This document shows, piece by piece, positions 38,076 to 51,772 of a stretch of 64,000 nt of DNA. The notes beneath the pieces were generated by a model, which searched no databases, had not been told where the DNA came from, and worked only from the letters and a program-made list of their open reading frames with translations. Numbering within the stretch: position 1 is the stretch's first letter; each line of letters starts with the position of its first letter. Position numbers and translations under genes: made by a program. This stretch comes from Octopus sinensis (taxonomy: Eukaryota): assembly GCF_006345805.1 (NCBI RefSeq), contig NC_043015.1:53568001-53632000 (forward strand), given 5' to 3'.

Positions 38076-38702
38076 CAAAATCAACACCAAAACCAAAAAG
38101 TGACATAACAATAGCGACGTGAACAACGGTTTGCTTCTCTCTTTTCTGCAATGCTTTGCCTTCTTTCTCTTTTTATTGTCTCTTCCACTCATCACTTCCT
38201 CTTTGGGTCTTCTTTTATCCGTTTCTCAAATTTCCTTTTCTCATCCTCTAGCATTCCCCCCCTCTCTCTCCTACTCTTACTCTTTATCTCTCTGCAAACA
38301 CTTCTATGATACACTTCTTGCGCAATTTTTAATTACAGAAAAGACTAATTGCTAAATATAATTTATTGTTTTCACCGCATCATATCGTGTCCTACTCCCA
38401 TTACTTCCAACCACGCTTCGAATGTTTCAAGTTACGAAGCAACCCATGTGTCATATTTAAAAATATGTGCTTTTTACAATGTTCGCTTGAGACGGCTTCA
38501 TTCTAATATATATTCATATTACTATCTTTTGTTTAAAACTTCCTTCTTATATGCCTATTACATTATTATACTTGTATTTTACATTGAGGTCGAATTGTGG
38601 TGTACAATTCACTACATATATCCAACCTGAGTCATGTTAATTTTGCAAGTTGAACTAGATTTTTGCCGTTGGCTTTCGTTTGAATGCATATACCATCTAT
38701 GG

Positions 38703-38793
38703 CATATGGCGTAGTGGTTAAGAGCGCGGGCTACTAACCCCAAGATTACGAGTTCGATTCCAGGTTGGGATCTGAATAATAATAATAATAATG

Positions 38794-38829
<36 letters not shown>

Positions 38830-38972
38830 TCGAAATATACCTTAGGATTGAGAACCCAGGTTCGATATTTCCCCAGAAAACCTGACGAAGCCTGGAGGGT
38901 GTAGCAGCCGAAATGTGTTAACAAGATGAAGACAAATATCCGTCAAATGTACGTACTGTAAATAATGTAAAT
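38703..38972 (+). mobile_element. tRNA-headed SINE carrying a hammerhead motif, copy 2
   Basis: A-box TGGCGTAGTGG (38707-38717), B-box GAGTTCGATTCC, (AAT)n, HHR remnant at 38876-38920 (CUGACGA core, cleavage site deleted) and tail. Confidence 0.9.
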
Positions 38973-39399
38973 AAATTTCATTATATCTCACATTTAACTT
39001 ATGTCCGCTTTTTTACTAAAGATACTGGTGTTTGATTAGTGGAAGATTTTAGCTACAGTTACGAGCAGGTCATGCAAAAGCTAACAACGGCATAAACGCT
39101 TCCATCATTGTTTCATCTCGTAGCAAGTTCCTATTCCCCGGAAGAATTGTGCCAGCAACAAGAATCACGTTAAAGCAGCTGTAGAACAAATTGCGTTGCT
39201 AGCAATTTACAACTACAATTTAATTAGCTTCAATTTGTGTGGCAAGCAATTTGCTTTACGAAACACTTAATCAAAAGAAAGAAGACAGTTAATGAGAGAA
39301 CTAGTGACGTAGTACTGTGTTCTATACACCTGTTTACTGCTGACAAATACTACCCACAGATAGCAGATTATTAGCTACTAATTAAGTATGGAGTTCAAC

Positions 39400-40426
39400 G
39401 TTATTAATTGTGATAATACTCTACACGTGTTGTTGTTGTTGTTGTTAGTGGTGGTGGTGATGATGGTTGTGGTAGTGATTACTGCGGTAGTAGTGATGGT
39501 GGTGGTTGTGGTTGAGGTGCTGGCGTTCGGGATTGATGCAAGTCATAACGGTCGTGGTAGTGGTGGTGGTGGTGGTGGTGGTGGTGGCGATGGTGGTGGT
39601 TGAACTGATAATGATGGTTGAAGTGATAATGGTGGTTGTAGTAGTGGTGGAACTGATGATGGTGGTGGTGGCGGTGGTAATGGTGATGTTGGAAATGCTG
39701 ATAGAGTAATGATGGTGGTGATGATTTTAGTGGTATTGATGGTAGAGATGGTGGTGGTGATGATGTGGTTGAGCTGATAGTGGTTGTGGTAGGTAGTAGT
39801 GGAATTGATGATGGTGATGGTCGTGGTCATGATGGAGGTGATGATGGTGGAACTGATGGTGGTAGTGTTGGTGGTGGTGGTACAAATGTTGATGGTGGTG
39901 GAACTGATAGTGGTAGTGGTGGTGGTGGTGGTAGTGATTTGAGCGTTGGTGGAGCTGGTATCATAGCGGTGTTGGTGGGTTATGTATGTCATTGACAGCG
40001 GTGTTAGTATTATAGTTCCGATGGTAGTACAGTGGTGGTCCGGTATTGTTGTTGTTGGTGGTGGTTATGGTAGGAGCTCACATTGACATAGTATGTCTGT
40101 AACTGTGGTATGGTATGGCAGTGATGATGAAGTAGTGGCTGGATAGGTAGTGGCGACTGTGGTAAGACGATGCTGGTGGTGGTGGTCACTGTGGATGTGT
40201 TATATGTAATGGCGATGGTGATATGATAGTGATGCTGGAGGCGGTGTGCTTTTGGTATGGATATGATGGTGGTATGAAGGTGGTGGCAACCTGGGGCTGA
40301 TGCTGGGGTCTGGAAACGTTGGCCGTTGTTTTGTTGTTTGTGGTAGGGCTGATGGTGGTAGCTGCAATGATGGTTTTCTGATGTGATGACGATAGTGATG
40401 ATGACGATGCTGCTGCTGCTGCTGAC

Positions 40427-40484
<58 letters not shown>

Positions 40485-41110
40485 GTGCTATTGATGTTGA
40501 TGATGACGACGACGATGATGAATATGATGATGACGGGAATTGTCATGATGATGAGGATAATGATGACGATGATGATGACGACAACGACGATGATGATGAT
40601 GGTGATGATGATGATGACGATGATGATGACGACGACGACGACGACGACGACGATGATGATGGTGATGATGATGATGAAGATGACGACGTCGACGATGGTG
40701 ATTATGAATAGTGATGATGATGATGACAATGATGATAATGTTAACGATGATGACGTGGGTGTTGATGTTATTGACGATGGTAAGGATTCCAAGATTACAT
40801 GAAACCTTAGACTTTTATTCGCGTTTACCATCTCTAGCACTTCCGCCTTTTTTCCGGCTGTAAACAACTCTACAAGACTCAACCATATTCTACCCGACCC
40901 ACCCGACGTTACTCTGCATCTTATACCCCACCATCGTCATCACCGTTACTAGCACAACATCATTCCTCACCACCACCAATATCACCACCACCACCATAAT
41001 AACAACTATCACAATTACCTTTACTATCGCCACGAACACTACCAACAACACCGTCACTACTACAACGATCACCACAGCTGTCATCATCACCATCAGCAGC
41101 AGCAGCAACA
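39400..41110. repeat. Trinucleotide mosaic (GGT/GAT, then ACC), partly duplicated at about 41450-41590
   Basis: GATGATGGTGGAACT(G/A)ATGGTGGTAGTGTTGGTGGTGGTGGTACAA occurs near 39840 and 41455. Confidence 0.9.
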
Positions 41111-41306
41111 GCAAAAACATCGTCGTCATCACCATCATCACGTCCATCATCATTTTATAACACTATAAGAAGCCACTGTCTATGTTGAGGGTTTGGAAGA
41201 TGGCACTATCGCCCCGGGATCTCTTGGGTTGTACAGTAATCTTCTCTGCCATTCGGCTCTATACACACACACACACACACACACACAACACACACACACA
41301 CACACA

Positions 41307-41384
<78 letters not shown>

Positions 41385-41731
41385 TAGTTGAATGAATTAT
41401 CTTAGTATGGATAATTCGGTTAACCGATACCTGGGTAGCAAATTCACGTATGATGATGATGGTGGAACTAATGGTGGTAGTGTTGGTGGTGGTGGTACAA
41501 CTGATGATGGTGCTGGTGGTCGGAATGGAGAGGATGATGGTGGAACTGATAATGGTAGTGGTGGTGTTGGTACAACTGATGATGGTGTCGAGAATAAAGG
41601 AATTTTGTTAAATCGTCGTTCAACTCCATTCTTTCATTTATATATATATATGTATATATATATGAAGACTCATTTATCCAAAAATATAAACCGGTATTAA
41701 ATACGAACCCGTATTAAAATAAAGAACTTAC

Positions 41732-41755
41732 CCCATCTTATGTATGATATATAAC
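41732..41755 (-). other. Candidate 24-nt microexon (host gene unknown)
   Basis: Long T-rich tract, TAG acceptors at 41757/41756 and 20 nt upstream, and a G|GTAAGT donor at 41731; two of three frames are open. Confidence 0.25.
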
Positions 41756-42031
41756 CTAGAATATAATAGAGAACACTAAAAAACAAAAACAAAAAAGATG
41801 ATAATTACAGATTTACCTCCCCTTTACTACAAAATACATCGGTGAACAACTATCTCCCTAAGCAATATATTTCCCAACAGCTAGCAATAAATCTCTTACA
41901 ACTATCAGCTTGGGTCCTTACTTCAATCATGTTGAAAGAACAAAACCTTATTTGTACACAATAGTATATCTTTATTATCATGGCTCTAATATAATTTTAA
42001 ATCCTGTAAAACAAATCTTCTGTGTTTTTTC

Positions 42032-42069
<38 letters not shown>

Positions 42070-43508
42070 TCTCTCTCTCTCCCTTCCCCCTCTCTCTCTT
42101 AAGACGATTAAAAAATGCAGGGATATGGCATTTAAATTTGCTTAGTTTAGTTTAATTTAAGAGAGTTTATGCTAATGCAAAGTAAGTAGAATTAACAGAT
42201 ATTGTCGCTTAGAGATATTTCAGGGATATTCTTGGGACTTGATTATCGTATTAATCCAATGTTCCATGTACTGCGTAATCCGTTATCGGAGAAATACAAG
42301 AAATATAAGCCAGGAATTATAGGCAGGAACAATTGTTGTAGAAAAAAGCGTAGCACTGTAGGAAGTTCGTGGCTCGTTATAGTTTGTGGATTATCGTGTT
42401 ACGGCGGGTAAGTGGGTTTATTCAAATCCATATCAAACGGTTCTTCCTTACGAACCCTTCGATCAACGTCTTTTTGTACTGTGTTAAGATGTTCATATTT
42501 GTTTACTCTCATGTTGTTACTTGTAGTAATAAGCCGTTGGATTTTCATGCAGAGTTTATATATTTTGCGCTGTAGACACCGGCCGATTGAATAGTACTGA
42601 CTCGGTGTCGAAACCATAGTGATATCCAGTTGGGCAGTTGATGATGGGATTACACATATGTTACATTTGATTCAGAATTTCTTCTATCTTTGTCTCGTTA
42701 TTCTGGTTTGTCCCCCATTATTGTAAAGTGGAAAGTGTTTGTGGATTCACAGTCTGCGGGAATCGCTTACATTGATACTTGGTTTTCTTCATTGGTAACG
42801 TAAGTAGGCTTGAACAATGCTTAGGTATTGATGTCTAGATTTGGGAGGTACTGTGGCACACATATAGCAAATGTTTCGCTATGTTCCGGCGGGGAAAGCT
42901 TCATTCAAAATGTGATTTCCTAGAATGATTGATTGCCGTGAAGAGTAATCCGCATGTCTACTGTAACGTGAATTAACTTTCACCGTACAATGTCGAAAAC
43001 ATAAAAAAGTTCCTGCCTTCGTTGACGCCAATCATCATTTTGCCAGTTCTTGTCTCCATTAATTGAGGCCGACCTCTACAACTTTACTCCAAGCTATGGA
43101 TTGTATCTTCAATTTATTCTACTTACTTTTAGTTGCTCCATTGTTACAAACTGCTGGGAATTGGGACCAGATTTTACGGAAAATGTCATTTGGGCTCATC
43201 ACCTATTTATGCAGACTTTTAGGATGATGCAAATGCCAAACCGGATGAAACCAGGGCGGGCCAGGCCTGACCAAGCCATAAATTATTTATAATTCATCAT
43301 AAAATAACTTGGGAAAAGATAAATATGAATTGATGTTTGTGATTCAAATGTTAATATCTTTTTATCTATCACTGTATCGGTCGGTACAGGACGGTTTCGG
43401 TAGCATAGCATCTCTCGCTGTCTCCTCGCTAAAACGATAATCTGTTTTCTTGGGAAACAGACTCTATTAATGAGTCCCGTAGATCCTTTCTTCAGAGTAA
43501 CATAATGA

Positions 43509-43565
<57 letters not shown>

Positions 43566-44575
43566 GAGACAGACAGACAGACAGAGACAGAGACAGAAAG
43601 TATAGAATCATGGAGAGGAAATAAAGAGAGGGAAGTTTGGTAAAAATAGGAATCAAACCCAATACTTGAGGTCGGCAGGATTTCAACTTAGAAGGCAGAC
43701 ATGTATGTATGTATGTGTGTGTGTATGTATGTATCTATGTATTTATGTATGTATGTATGTATGTATGTATGTATGTATACATGCATGCGTGTATGTATGT
43801 ATGTATGTATGTATGTATGTATGTACGTATGTTTGTATGTGTGTATGTATGTATATATGTATGTATATTTGTATGTATATACGCTTGTATGGGTGGGAAC
43901 GTATCTAGAAATCTCTCCTATGCGATTGCATGTATGTACGGCGGATATGTAAGTACGTACGTAGTACTATGTATATATATAAGTATGTGTGCGTGTGTGT
44001 GTGAGTGTGTGTGTGCGTGTGTGTGTGCGCGTGTGTGTGTGTATGAACTGTGTGGCGATGGGGCTTAGGTGCATTCTGTTGGCATTTTGACTTTTTGTAA
44101 GGACTATCAGAAAAATATGCTGATTTGGGCGTATCGTTTACATCGAAAACTCTGCGACTCTCCACTGATATCAAGACTAAGGCTGAAATATATTTTAGTT
44201 GTCTTCTTGCTTTTCACTGTATATGTATCCGATATTTAGTGTGTAGTATATCTGATCGTATCCAATGATATTGACATGTCACATTAGTAAGTTGAGTTTT
44301 ATCTTTAGTTTTATGACTGTATCTAGGTATGAGTGTGTATATATATATGTATATATGTATATATATGCATATATGCAGAATATGTTAATTGTCAGTTCGA
44401 ATTTCGTGTCATCTCAGACCTCGTATTTCGTGTCACCTCGGACTTCATCAGTAAATGAAAGAGAATGGATGTTGACTGTACAACGAGGCAGGAATCATCT
44501 GACAAAGACGTAGCCATCATTATGTATGTGACTGTATGTGTGGAGAGACGAGAGTATGTGTGTGTGTGTGTGCGT

Positions 44576-44973
44576 GTTAGTATGTGTGGAAGGAGAAGTG
44601 TATGTGTGTGCTTGTGTGGACAGACATGCATGTGCGTGTCCTGTGCTTGTGAATAGTCGCAGGGGTGCGTGCGTGAGTATGTGTGTGGTGAGCCAAGCAT
44701 GTGTGTGTATGTGTGTGCGTGTGTGTTTGTGTGGACAGACAATTAAGTGTGTGCACGTGTGTGTTAGTATGTGTGGAAGGAGAAGTGTATGTGTGTGCTT
44801 GTGTGGACAGACATGCATGTGCGTGTCCTGTGCTTGTGAATAGTCGCAGGGGTGCGTGCGTGAGTATGTGTGTGGTGAGCCAAGCATGTGTGTGTATGTG
44901 TGTGCGTGTGTGTTTGTGTGGACAGACAATTAAGTGTGTGCACGTGTGTGTTAGTATGTGTGGAAGGAGAAGT
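44576..44973. repeat. 187-bp tandem duplication (about 2.1 units) in TG-rich sequence
   Basis: GTTAGTATGTGTGGAAGGAGAAG at 44576, 44763 and 44950. Confidence 0.95.
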
Positions 44974-44992
44974 ATCTGCGTCTATGTGTGTG

Positions 44993-45023
<31 letters not shown>

Positions 45024-47383
45024 TTGTGGACTGAACTGACGCTGAGGTATAGGTGAGTATGTGTATGGAGAGACAAGAATGTGCGTGTGATGTGTGTGTC
45101 TGTATGCGTGTGTGTCTATTGTGTATATGTGTGCGTTGTGTAGACAGAAAAGCATATGTGTATCTGTGTGTGAGTGTGTCTGTGTTCATGAACAGACATT
45201 GAGGTGTGTAGGTATGTATGGAGAGTCAAGCATGTGTGTGTATGTCTGTGTGTGTGTGTATTTGTTGGGACAGACAGGCATGTGTTTGTGTTTGTGTTTG
45301 TATGAGTGTTTGTGGACAGAGAAGCATGAGTTTGTGTATGGACAGACAAGTGTGTCTGTGTATGTGTATGTTTGTGTGTCACTGGTTGTGGTCAGAGTGA
45401 GCAGACAAGTGTGTGTGGACAGAGGAGAAGCATGGGTTTATGTATGGACAAATAAGTGTGTGTGTCACTTATTGTGTCCATGTGAGCAGACGTGTGTGCC
45501 TGTGTGTGTGTGTGTGGGGGGGGGTCAATGATTATGTGTGTAGGGAGGGGTGGGAGACAGTGGGTGTGGTTGGGGACTTGAGGTCCGTGTGCGTTTATGT
45601 TTATGGAAGATAAACAAAGTTTTATAAATAATACAATAAACGTATGACATGGAAAGAGACGACAGTACGGATGCTTATTAAAAGCATATCGCGGGTCTAA
45701 GTGAAGCGCAACACATCCATTGCTAGACATGATATAAATAGCAGTCAATTCTCCCACAATGCAACAGTTGTTTGGTTACCGGAAAACACAGCTGGATCAC
45801 AAGCGATTGAGGACGGAGATCAGCAGAGCAGATCGTTTATTCATTTCTGATAGGACTCGCAATTTTGCATATAGACAGTCATGGTTGAATGCGGGCAGAG
45901 TGTCTGTGATGATGATGGTGGTGGTGGTTTTGATGATGATAATGATGATCACGACGATGACGACGACGATGTCGACAACAACCACGGTGATGTTGACGAT
46001 GAAGACGACGAAGCTAAGGACGAGTTTATCATGGTGAGGACGATCACGACGACGACGACAGCAAACTCGATGATGATGATGATGATGATGAAGAGACGGA
46101 GCATTCAACACCGTTAACGAGCATCGAACAGAAGCCAATTACTACACATATTGAGACTTATAGCTGCTATTCGTCCCATCTCGGACGACCACATACAGGC
46201 GCTTTGGTTGATTACTTGTAGTTAAACTGGCCTTGAGATATAGATTTTTGAACATCTCTCATTAAATCTCTTTGGCTCGAAGCCAAATGTTTTAAACCGC
46301 ATGATAGGCATTGATAACAATTGCGTTTCCTAGATAAGGTAAATCCCCCAACACAATAATGACCAGTTCAGCGCTCAAAGAAGTACATAAGAATATACAT
46401 GTATTATTAATAATAATGTTATTGTTAAATAATTTATCGCGTAACCGTGTTTGTATTTCTACGACCATAAACACTAAAAACAGCAGAAGCCAGATCAAAT
46501 AGACAACTATATTGCACACATATTCAGTTACAGTTACCTCATCTTCATAAGATACAGAACGATACAGAATGATAAAGTGTAGGAATATCCTTCGTTAATA
46601 TAATCAACGATGTTAAAAATCAGTGAAGTGTGTCAAAGATGAAACCAGGTTGTCTTTAGAATAAGACAAATTTAATTGATTCCTATTTATAGAAGGTCCT
46701 GAACAAGCAAAGATGTATGAAAGTTAATGAAACAGCAATGATTTAAATAATACAAGAACACTTGGTGAGTGCAAACCTCCACCAAGTCAACACCGACGTC
46801 CTCTCAACGATTAGCCAATGATTTTTAAAATGAGAATATCTTAACTCGAGTGTTCTCTCAAACAAGAATACTAAAAATGAACCGGCCTCTCTAAAAAATT
46901 AAGTAAAACAAACAGGAAAAATAATCCATAATCCTTGTCCGGTACTGCATCGATCCCAAATCTAATCAGTTTCTGCCGTTCTTTAAACTCCATTATATTA
47001 ATAAACAGCACATTTCTGTGGTCCTTCACATAACACTTGTCACATATTTGTGGAATTTATCTTCAGATATGCCCACACTGTGCTTTCTTTAAATTGAACA
47101 CACGCCCTTCATGTCTTAATTGTAAGATCATATTGTCCAAGCTAAATTTTTTGTCTAACATTGTCAAAGAACTGTTGAAAAATCTTTACGATATGTACGC
47201 TCTTTAATGAGCAACGCCATCACAAATCTGCATTTGTTTACTTCATAAATGTTGACAATTCTGAAACTGATTTCCTATGGTGACAAGTGGCATGAATATA
47301 CGCTTTGTACAGATGAGATGACTATTGCAGGACGAGTCGTTTTTGGAGACAGTGTCTGGCGTTTGGGTGGTGGTGGGGACATA

Positions 47384-47614
47384 GGATGCCTTTGCCACAG
47401 TTGTGGCTGATTTCATGAGAAACAAGAAGTCATAAAATTATGAAGACCTTCTGAAGACCTGTATATCAGATAATGTAGTTCTATATTTAAGAGAAGAGGA
47501 ATTATGTACATTATTTACATCATTTACATTTGACGGATATGGCGTAGTGGTTAAGAGCGCGGGCTACTAACCCCAAGATTAGGAGTTCGATTCCAAGCAG
47601 TGACCTGAATAATA

Positions 47615-47645
<31 letters not shown>

Positions 47646-48090
47646 TAATAATAACATCGAAAAATACCTTAGGAATGAGAACTCAGGTTCGAAATTTCCC
47701 CAAGACTCCTTATGAAGGCTGGAGGGTATATCAGCCGAAACGTTGTGTTAACACCAAACAAGATGAGAACAAATATCCGTCAAATGTAAATAATGTAAAT
47801 AATGTTCTGAAGACCCTATTAAGCAGGCTTTTGGAGCAATGGGTTGCAACATGAATGTGAACGTGCATTTTCTGCACAGTCATCTGGACTAATTCCCTGA
47901 AAATCATTGTACAATAAGTGATGAGCAAGGAGAAATATTCCACCAAGACAGCGAAACCATATAGACTAGGTACCAAGGTAGGTGGAACACAAACATGATG
48001 GCTAGCTGATGACTGCTGGTCTCTGCAAAGTGACTGTCGCGATGCAAGTTATTCAAGCAAAACAGCAAGGGAAAAATTCATTTCATGAAT
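47384..48090 (+). mobile_element. Decayed DDE transposase fragment, probably CMC/Chapaev-3 type, split by an insertion
   Basis: DAFATVVADFMRNKKS*NYEDLLKT [insert] QAFGAMGCNMNVNVHFLHSHLD*FPEN..SDEQGEIFHQD..TRYQGRW; superfamily assignment is from memory of the motif. Confidence 0.75.
47460..47804 (+). mobile_element. tRNA-headed HHR-SINE copy 3 with an inverted 5' copy of its own tail and an 11-bp TSD
   Basis: TSD TTCTGAAGACC at 47449-47459 and 47805-47815; inverted tail 47460-47541; A-box 47540-47550; B-box 47583-47594; HHR 47704-47749. Confidence 0.93.
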
Positions 48091-48168
48091 AGCCGAAACT
48101 CTAGTTTTTATGCTAAGATGTGTAATTTACGCATTTTCTCTAATCTGTGTAATATATTTGTTAAACTT

Positions 48169-48540
48169 GGTGGCGCAATGGCCCAGTGGTTAGGGCAGCG
48201 AACGCGCTGTTATAGGGTCACGATTTCGATCCCCAAACTGCGCGTTATGGGTGTTTATTGAGCGAAAACACCTAAAGCTCCACGAGGTTCCGGCAGGGGG
48301 CGGTGTTGAACCTTGCTGTATTCTTTCGCCACAACTTTCTTCCCATTTCTGTCTTACCAGTATTTCAAAGGGCCAGCCTTATCACACTCTGTGTCACGCT
48401 GAATCTCTCCGAGAACTACATTAACAGCACACATGCCTGTGGAATGCTCAGCCACTTGCACGTTAATTTCACGAGCAGGCTGTTCCGTTGATTGGATCAA
48501 CTGGAACCCTCCTCGTCGTAAGTATGACGGAGTGCCACGA
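48169..48540 (+). mobile_element. SINE family S3, full-length
   Basis: A-box-like TGGCCCAGTGG, B-box-like GATTTCGATCCC and the S3 tail. Confidence 0.85.
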
Positions 48541-49370
48541 TATTTGTTAAACAGTAAAACGTTTGTTATTTTTGTTGTTTGTATTAGTTCATCATTTCAG
48601 TATTTCCTGTATAATTGATATATTTCTGGTAAAAAAGGAAATTCCTGTTTAACAAAGATATTTGGGGCTGACAAAGTCTGGGAGACAATTACTGAACCCA
48701 GCCCAATCAAATTAGGTAATACTGATTGCAAAATGCAAAGCAACTAAAAACATTTTCGAAAATGTTACACACAGAGAATTACTAAGCTTTTAAATACTTG
48801 ACTAGACTTCGAACCTTTGATCTTTCCATTACAAAGGAAAAGATTGAATCCGATGAAACCAAATATAATTAAAACAACCGGCCATTCCTATTCCTATCGA
48901 CATTCATTTTGTTAACCAATAAAAAGCAACCCCTTGACCTGATGAGGAAATGCCTAAATATACATACCTGCTTACTAAGTTCTACATACATAAATAAATT
49001 TTAAACAATAGCACAACCCCAAATTAGCTCAATAAAAATCTGTCTAAAACACCTCTTCATAACAACCCACTCTTCAATCTGTTTAACACTCCACTTAAAT
49101 ATACATCATCATTTTTAACACAACAGAAACTATGTAAAATCAAAATTAACTGCAAGCCATTGCAGTTTGACGGTGGCTTAGCCAGCCGAAACTTCGAAAC
49201 CACTGCCAGTAGTACTCTCACTTAACAATCATAAATTTTTTCGCCACAAAATTTTTAAGTAACCGGTCAATATATATATATAAATATATATGCACAGAAC
49301 GGCACACACTCATACATCTACATACACATATATCTGTTTATATAGCATATATATGAATGTAAATATGTAC

Positions 49371-49401
<31 letters not shown>

Positions 49402-49749
49402 TGTATGTGTTTTAAATATATATTATACACCTATTTATTCATATGAGCTTTTAACGTTACGCGGATATAGCTTATGATTATGCATTTGTGGCTTTCAGCA
49501 TCTTCTTAAAACATTTCCATAGAGCTGACCAACTTAAAGTTTGTTGTAGTTTAGAAATGATATATTATGTATTAATCTACATATATTTTCAATAAATTAT
49601 AATATGACGGTGTCATTTCTCAGGTAGGAAAAGTTCTTTGAAAGTGTTTATCGGAAACTTTTGATTCGTAAATTATCAGTGTTAGTCACCTGACAACCGA
49701 GGAGTTTGGAATGTAGAAAAACAAGTGTCGATGATGGTGATTGATGATG

Positions 49750-49835
<86 letters not shown>

Positions 49836-49931
49836 TATTAAAGATAATTAATAGAAATAATGATAATGATAATAATAATAATACATAAAAGATAATTAAT
49901 AAAATAAAGTTAAGGATAATAATAATAATAA

Positions 49932-49984
<53 letters not shown>

Positions 49985-50149
49985 TAATAATAATAATAAT
50001 AATAACAGAAATACTTATAATAATGATAATAATGATGAACATGAGGAAAATGATGATGATTATGATAATGATGATAAGAGTAATAAGAATTTTTTTCCAA
50101 ATTTTGTGACAAAACTAAGAATTTCCGTGGAAGGGGTAACACGAACGCA

Positions 50150-50310
50150 AAGACGCCAGTGCTAGAGTGTTACTTATTTTATTGACCACTAGAAGATAGA
50201 AAGACAAAGTTGACCTGGATAGAATTTGAACTCAGAACACAAATGCAGGCTTCATGCCGCTAAACATTTCGTACGGCGTGCTAATAATTCTGCCAGATCG
50301 CCATCTATGT

Positions 50311-50404
<94 letters not shown>

Positions 50405-51330
50405 GCTCTGATGCAGTACCAGTCAGTGGCTCTTATGGCTCCTGATCTTTACTGATGAGAAATATTATTATGTACATTGTTTTGTCTTGGTAAAAAAGAT
50501 AGACTACAACAAATATTCTGTTCAACACCACGGATTTGCTTTCAGTTGTTTGACTTTAGCCAGTTGAGCTAACCGATAGTTATGTGCATCTCTGATCAAC
50601 AACAGACGTAGCGGGGAAGCATCATAGCCACGTGTTGAAAGGAATTCTTTGGAGTTTGGATAATTCACCTTTCGAAGCAAAGGTGTTTCGTTCAACATAC
50701 TGAAACAACCCTTATTCAAAGATCATTTAATGAGGACAGGCTACTCGACTTGAAGAAAATTCTAACCGGGTCCCACTTGCAAGGTCATGCGCTGTCAATC
50801 TTGATATGAGAACACCATGTCGTGCACATATGGTTGTAATGCATGCGCTTGGAGTACACTTATCAGACGGGTAGTCATGATGGCTATACTGGGCTTCGTA
50901 TATTTTACCACACATTGATGGCATACAATGCTCTGTCACTCAATAATAATAATAATAATAATAATGGTTTCAAATATTGCCACAAAGGCAGTACATCGAC
51001 TCCAGTATTCATCTGGTACATATTTTATCGACCTCGAAAAAATGAAAGGTAAAGTCGACCTAGGCGTTATTTGAACTCAGAACGTAAAGACAGACGAAAT
51101 GCCTTTTTCTTTACTACCCACAAGGGGCTAAATACAGGGAGGACAAACAAGGATAGACAAACGGATTAAGTCGATTATATCGACCCCAGTGCGTAACAAG
51201 TACTTATTTGATCGACCCTGAAAGAATGAAAGGCAAAGTCGACGTCGGCGGAATTTGAACTCAGAACGTCATGGCAGACGAAATGCCATTAAGCATTTCG
51301 CCTTGGATGCTAACAGTTCTGCCCGCTCAC
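50150..51330 (-). mobile_element. Cluster of S1 SINE copies (about 50150-50300, 50990-51110, 51110-51330)
   Basis: S1 body motifs, all on the minus strand; the family S6 element lies between them. Confidence 0.85.
50402..50942 (+). mobile_element. About 540-bp non-coding retroelement family S6 embedded in (AAT)n
   Basis: Starts AATGCTCTGATGCAGTACCAG and ends CTCTGTCACTCAA; homologous to 56735-57284 and 58668-59058; (AAT)n on both sides. Confidence 0.88.
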
Positions 51331-51377
51331 CTATAATAACAACAACAACAATAATAATAATAATGATAATAATAATA

Positions 51378-51409
<32 letters not shown>

Positions 51410-51435
51410 TAATAATAATAATACTAATAATAATG

Positions 51436-51490
<55 letters not shown>

Positions 51491-51530
51491 TAATAATAAT
51501 AATAATAATAATGATAATAATAATAATAAT

Positions 51531-51678
51531 AAAAAATTAGTAGAAAAATTAGCGACTGATGTGGTGGGGACGGTATGGAAGAATGGGGAATCCACTAATA
51601 ATGATAATAATAATAATAATAATAATGATAATAATAATAATAAAATAATAAGATAATAATAATAATAATAATAATAAC

Positions 51679-51712
<34 letters not shown>

Positions 51713-51723
51713 GTAATAATAAT

Positions 51724-51772
<49 letters not shown>

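Noticed and set aside
37838-38195. Hydrophobic ORFs with an apparent strong minus-strand splice acceptor near 38057
   Set aside because: The apparent polypyrimidine tract is the reverse of the (AAC)n tail of repeat family S5, which also occurs at 19190-19365.
38703-38780. tRNA genes at SINE heads (also 1456, 47540, 48169, 60562, 61519)
   Set aside because: A/B boxes are present but there is no complete acceptor stem, and each continues into a repeated SINE body.
42213-42407. Open frame ending at a G|GTAAGT donor on the plus strand
   Set aside because: Weak acceptor and an unrecognised peptide; an open frame of this length is within chance expectation.
49161-49200. Hammerhead-like TTGACGG-TGGC(TTA)GCCA-GCC-GAAAC
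   Set aside because: Two core changes, no cleavage triplet and no stem I; at most a remnant.
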